This document shows positions 58,747 to 64,000 of a DNA stretch of 64,000 nt, in pieces. Each line of letters starts with the position of its first letter. The stretch's first letter is position 1. The stretch spans positions 744,001-808,000 of the forward strand of contig OU015570.1 in NCBI GenBank assembly GCA_907165135.1, written 5' to 3'. A program made the translations under genes and the position numbers. This DNA is from Oikopleura dioica. Its lineage: Eukaryota; Animalia; Chordata. Under the pieces are notes generated by a model. It ran no database searches. It saw only the letters and a list, made by a program, of their open reading frames with translations, and was not told the DNA's origin.

Positions 58747-59517
58747 GGGTACTACCTTCGATTTCCGCAACTTCACTGTTGAATAACTCGAAAATCTATA
58801 GTAATCTCAGGAAATATATGGCCTCTCGTAGTAAAACTGGGGGGCGGGCGGCCACGGTACAAAAGTGAAATTTGTACCGCCGGTACAAATTTGTAACGGC
58901 GGTAAAAATTTGTACCGTGGCCGCCCTACACCCGTAAAACTATCTTAGATCTTTAGATTGTCAGAAGGGTTTTTAGATTGCTCAACGAAAAATTGGCTAA
59001 ATTTTAGGTTAAAGTTGTCAACTTTGCCAAAATTGACTGTATTCAGGGTCGAATAGCTCAGAAATTAGTCTGAAAACATACCTTTCTTTTATTTTTTAAT
59101 CGTACTATAGAGCTTCATCTTCAATCTGTCAGAAGGATTTTTGGATTGAAATGAAAAAAGTACTAAAAATGATTTTTTGAAAATTTCGTCTCTTCAATTT
59201 TGCCAAAAATGTGCATTTTTCAAAAGTTTGCGGCACATTTTTCCCTCTAAAATCTATAAAATACTTCTGATCATATTTCTAAGCATACAAAAATGATCTC
59301 CTTGTTATACGCTTTCAAAAAAGCCCTTATTCGAAAAAATCAAAGACCAAAAATTTTTTTCGAAAAAACTTCGAGAGGCTTTATCTCGGAAACCATCAAG
59401 AATTTCAAACTAGGATCAATATAAAACTTAGAAAAGATTTTCTGAAGAATCTATTTTTATACCCACTTTTATCAGTTTTAAAGATAAAGCCCATTTTGGA
59501 AATCGAAGGTAGTACCC
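58747..59517. mobile_element. MITE with 20-bp TIR GGGTACTACCTTCGATTTCC (probably Kolobok-like)
   Basis: Perfect TIR; TTAA on the left side only. Confidence 0.6.
58839..58933. mobile_element. 95-bp mini-MITE (same TIR family as 4502-4759 and a half copy near 16180)
   Basis: TSD GTAAAACT at 58831-58838 and 58934-58941; near-perfect hairpin. Confidence 0.85.
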
Positions 59518-61539
59518 TGGGGTGATTCCCCAACTAAGTTAGATGACGCTAAAATTTTTTGATTTCTGGAGTAAGGGACTAAATCATGGGAATCAAAAAT
59601 GAAAGGCGGAGGGTCTTATCAGAAATTTCTCGCACGAACTAGGAATGAATTGTAAAAACTGAATGCGCCATTTGAATGAAACCTTAGGTTATTTTTTCAT
59701 TCTCGTAAAAATAAATTTGCTGCAAACATGTCGCAAGAAGAAAAGAGAATCCACATGACATTGGCCGAGAAAAAAAGATATGCAGAGATTCTAGTGAAGA
59801 CGCCGAAGGAGAGTGATGCAAAGAAGATTATCAATGGGAACTTCGAAAGAAACATGATGGAAAAGAAATTCCGACGCGGACATTTTCTCGACTTTATGAT
59901 CAGCGGTTCAAAATCTTGGATTCTTTATCGAAACGAAGGTTTCAAATGCCTCATTAATCGAAGATTTAATCAATCGAGCAATTTGAAAAGAAGATCAAGG
60001 AAGAAACCGGAAGAAGGAAAATCAAAATCAAAACACGTGGACTTTCAAATTTCATTCTAAAAATAAGGAACGATTTTTTTCCCGATGATGAAGAAATCCA
60101 GCAGCTACAAATTGAAAAAAAAGCCTTAGGTTGGGTTTTTTTCGGATGACAGATTTCGGGGATTTTTCAAAAAAGTGGCCTTAAGTTGCTTGAGGTTTCA
60201 CTGTACTGTTCCCCGCAGGGGCATTTAAAGGAATACATCACATTTATGGCTGCATATTTTTCAGGTTTTGGCAAAAGATTCCCGACAATAGTATTACGCA
60301 TCGATACAGTCCTCAGGTACGTATGAAGGTTTTAGCCCCATTCCTTGATTTTTTTTATTTAAAGGGCTTGACGGCCCTTCGGGCCGTTTCACCACCAATC
60401 GTTGATTTGTTCATTCAAGGGGCTTGTCGGCCGTTAAATTTAGACGGCCGTTAAATCCAGACAAATTTTTTTAATTGAAAAAGTCTGGTCTAGTCTGGTC
60501 TTGTCCTTAAAATTTCATGGGAAAACACATTTTTATCGAAATAAACCAAAAGAAAGACCACAAAAATATCTTTTTGAAGTAAATTCGACAGGCAATACGT
60601 CAAAAAATCGAATTCTTCTCAAGCCAATTTTAGAAAATCAAGGGACTGGCGTGGGACAAGAGTCGCAAGTTAATGAGCGATTGCTTTTTTCAGAAGCTGC
60701 AAGGCTCAGCCCAAAGACTTCATAAATTTGCTAGCTAAGCTTAAAGCATCAGCTGGTTGTTGTGGATTCGCTTTGCTCATCTCCAAATAAGAAAAGGAGA
60801 TTCGCCGCACCTGTTCAAAATAACTTTCGCTTGGCCCCGGCCACTTTTCTGTTCACTCTGCCAGACCGCTTGCTACAAAAATGCCGCTTATATTAAATTT
60901 TTACAATTCGCAGAACTAGAGTCAATCTTTTCGCATCGCAGCAAATGCATATCCACAACATGGTTAAAACCAGCTTGTCTGAGAGTGGATAAAAATAAAT
61001 TTGAAGGGAGAAATAAGTCAAGTACGAGAATAGTCTTTTTGAAAGTGTCGAACTAGAATTTTCACAACGATTTATTAGCTACAGTATTGAAACAACGTCA
61101 CATGGATGATAATTTCAGAAGCATTTTTCTTATGTTTTTTGAGATCCTACCCACGTTGGAATGTCAGGAAAAAAACTGGGTGGACATTTGGTCCGCTCAA
61201 CGCCTGAAAATAGCCTGGGCAACAGTTGATAGGGATCGAACGCAAATAATCACCGGGGCACCCAAAAAACTTTTTTCTGAACTTATGAATGAAAAAATAG
61301 GTTTTGAGATTCAGGCTTTTCAAATATGAAATTCAAATTTTTATAGGTATCGTAGTTTTTGTGTTATCACGATTTGAAAATTGAAGAAAGAAGAAGAAAA
61401 GAGCCAATTAGAAACGCGCAGCGCGGCGAAGCGATACCCAAAGGGTGGCGCTCCGGGGCGAGAAGCTTATGCCGCGACGCGTTTCGAGTTTTCTCTGCGA
61501 GCGAGCCCGCGCTCTCACCAATAGAAAATTGGAAAAAAT

Positions 61540-61613
61540 AGGTCGCGATGAGATTCGAACCCACGCCTCCGGGAAGACTCAGACCTATCAAATGCCAACT
61601 AGGCCACTATCTC
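61540..61613 (-). ncRNA. tRNA-derived (Leu/Ser-like) SINE head or pseudo-tRNA
   Basis: Minus strand A box TGGCCTAGTTGG and B box GGTTCGAATC, followed by a T run. No complete cloverleaf. Confidence 0.6.
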
Positions 61614-62772
61614 TTGTGTTGGCGTCCGTTTTGAATGGGTATAAATCAAGGCTCCTTAGTTCATATTTTAAGAGTTTTGGCTATTCTTGCGCGAATGTTT
61701 TCTAAATTATAGGCTTATAGAATTAAGGAACTTTTCCAAAATTGAAATTTTTAACAATTGAATTAAGGACTCCTCCGCCAGCATTTTTCGAAAAATCGAA
61801 TTTCGAAATTTTTAAATTTTGATGCTAGAACTCGATTCTACATGGCCAGGGCTGCCACATAGACAATCGACAATAGTAAGCCTCACAGTAATCGATTTTT
61901 CTAACCCTACCACCGATAAGGATTGGTTTCTAAGCTCTTCAAAAAAAATGAATTATTTGAAATTTAAAGTGTGCTACCCCACGATAAGTAAATCGATTAA
62001 TAGTCATTTTTCTGTTTTTTTTTTTTTGAAAATTCAATAAAAACCATGATAGAGCTTAAAATTGGGCTGATATTGATTTTTACATCAGATGGGACTGGGT
62101 GGGGTTGGGGACGTAACTGAGAATGATCAACTCAGATTTCCCGGCCTTTGTCAAGCCCCTTAAATTTATAAATCATGGAGCGGGGCTGAGACGGCCCGAA
62201 GCATTTTGCATAACCTGGTTATGCATTTTCGATTAAAATTGCAGGCATTTTATGCTTTACTCATACCAAAAGACATAAAAATGGTGTTTCACATAAATCA
62301 GGCGCGAACCGCACTGGATCTATCTATTAAATGTTGAATATAGGATATTTATCTAAGGGTGCATAACCAGGTTATGCATTTTCATAACCAGGTTATGCAT
62401 GCATAAGCGGAGCTGAGATTTTTGATGCTATTTTTTACAGGCCTGTTTCAATATTACAGGGCTGTTCCTTTAAACAGGCGTATTTTCCTGTATTTCCTGT
62501 ATTTACTGGTAACAGGTTTATTTTGGTCTCGAAATGCAAGACAGGAAACAGGACAGGTCCAAAAAACAGGAAACTTTGGCCGATTCGGATTATTTTCCCA
62601 TCAAATTGATCGTCGGAACCTGGCATTTCAGAAGAATCTGTGTCACTTAAATCCGGGCAGAATCCGAAAAAAATCCGTAAAAAGTAGTTCCAGTTGCGGA
62701 ATTAAGGGAGTTTTTTTTCAAAAAACAAGCAAATAATTTATACCCACCAAAAATAGATGTTCTCAAAATTCC

Positions 62773-62845
62773 AATAGCCTAGGTTTCAATTGATAGGATA
62801 AAGTCCTCCCGGCGGGCAGGTTCGAATCCCGGCGCGCCACTTTTT
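62773..62845 (+). ncRNA. Second tRNA-derived element of the same type
   Basis: TAGCCTAGG..TTGATAGG..CCCGG..GGTTCGAATCCC..TTTTT, collinear with 61540-61613. Confidence 0.5.
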
Positions 62846-63101
62846 CAATTTTTTTTCGTGCGCCTCTCTCTGGCTCCTTCGCGCACGCGCATTGACGCGG
62901 GCTATGCGCTTTTGCCGCCGCTTCATGAGTCATACTTCAGAAGTACAAAAAAGGCAAGCGTAACCACGCGCCGTCGATTTTGAATATTTTTTCTTCGAAA
63001 ATCCCCTTTTCCAATGCTCATTAACCTGCTCTTATTGGCGCATGATTGCGCGTCCACAGAAAGCCATTGAAACCGACAGTTTCCGGGAAACCGGAAGTTA
63101 A

Positions 63102-63788
63102 GGGATCCCCCGATTTTTCAAGTCTTTATGACGGGTGTCTATGCGGCATTTTTAGAATCCCCGTGTTCTGAGGATCATTTTGATATATTATATGTCCCCC
63201 TTACGATCATCTTTACCCAAAATTTTGACCCTCGAAAATCGTAAAAATGCATGTAATTTGTACTTAGCGTGAAAATCGCAATTTTTTTTGACTTTTCGAT
63301 GTCATCGAAAATAAACGTGTAAGGGGTCTTTCGAACGCTTACAGCGCACTGAGTAAGAATCTGATAACCGCATTCGGATTTTCGGCCATATATCGGCGCT
63401 AGAGAGCAATTTAGAGCCAGAAAAGGGCCAAAATGGCATCAAAAAGTTTTTCTTAAGAAAAAATTTTTCTTACTTGACCAAACGATTTCTCTGTACTAGA
63501 GATTGTAGATGAAGGATCAAGAAAGATAATTAAAATTGATTTAGGGCTCTATATAAGAGCAAAAAAAACTAGTTCGACTTTGAAAAAGTCCCAAAACGGG
63601 GGTTTTCGCGAGTATCTATGTATTCAGCCCGCTTTTTCGAGGTGTTTCCCCTTATGAAAATTTTTTTCTGTACTAGTGTTTGTTCACTGAGAAACGGGCT
63701 TCAAAATGAGCTATCAACCATTTAAAAAGCTATCCCCAGAAAAAAGTAGTTCGACGTCAAAGTTGGCGAAATCGGGGGGGGGGATCCC
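63102..63788. mobile_element. Kolobok-like non-autonomous element (TTAA TSD), copy 2
   Basis: TTAA|GGGATCCCCCG ... GGGGGATCCC|TTAA; diverged paralog of 33311-34002. Confidence 0.85.
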
Positions 63789-64000
63789 TTAAAATACGAT
63801 ATGATCATCATATTTGAGATCACCATAATCGATTTACTATTTTAATTTTTAATATAAAAGGTATATCTTTATTTTTAAAAATTCCCATTTTGATTTGCGT
63901 TCGATCCCTAACAGTTGAAAGGTCGGGCAATTGGGCACCGTCGAGCAATGGGGAAATGCCCACCGAGGAAAATCACGAGCGTGGGCTACAGATCCATTTT

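Larger units (their letters stand above)
58686..60203 (+). mobile_element. Deleted pogo/Tc5-like transposon with nested MITEs
   Basis: TA|CAGTGAAACC ... GGTTTCACTG|TA. ORF 59728-60060 (MSQEEKRIHMTLAEKKRY...) is homologous to the 31.4-31.8 kb HTH. Confidence 0.8.

Overview
Eukaryotic (animal), AT-rich, transposon-saturated DNA with no prokaryotic features. It resembles a larvacean tunicate such as Oikopleura (env-bearing Ty3/Gypsy elements of the Tor type, 42-68 nt introns, TTAGGG motifs); that assignment is inference. The only host gene I recognise is an IQCA1/DRC11-like AAA-ATPase on the minus strand. Three exons (about 37.9, 27.3 and 3.9 kb) are separated by introns of about 10.5 and 23.2 kb, and their alignment-inferred donors are not GT. 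The window holds: (i) a young 8.8-kb LTR element (LTRs 232/233 identical, 5-bp TSD) with pol, a class-I-fusion-like env whose likely signal-peptide start sits behind a splice acceptor, a frameshifted mucin-like membrane ORF and a second integrase-tail fragment; (ii) minimal hammerhead-ribozyme repeats in a Penelope/retrozyme-like direct plus inverted layout; (iii) a gag pseudogene ending in a CCCH zinc finger; (iv) an older Gypsy element whose integrase tail carries HeH/SAP-like repeats and whose RT is split by a 3.9-kb DNA transposon (8-bp TSD, G-rich termini, 5-exon DDE transposase); (v) many MITEs (8-bp-TSD G-terminal, TTAA Kolobok-like, TA pogo-like, hAT-like), deleted pogo transposases and tRNA-derived elements. 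All protein-family calls come from motif recognition by eye; no database search was run.
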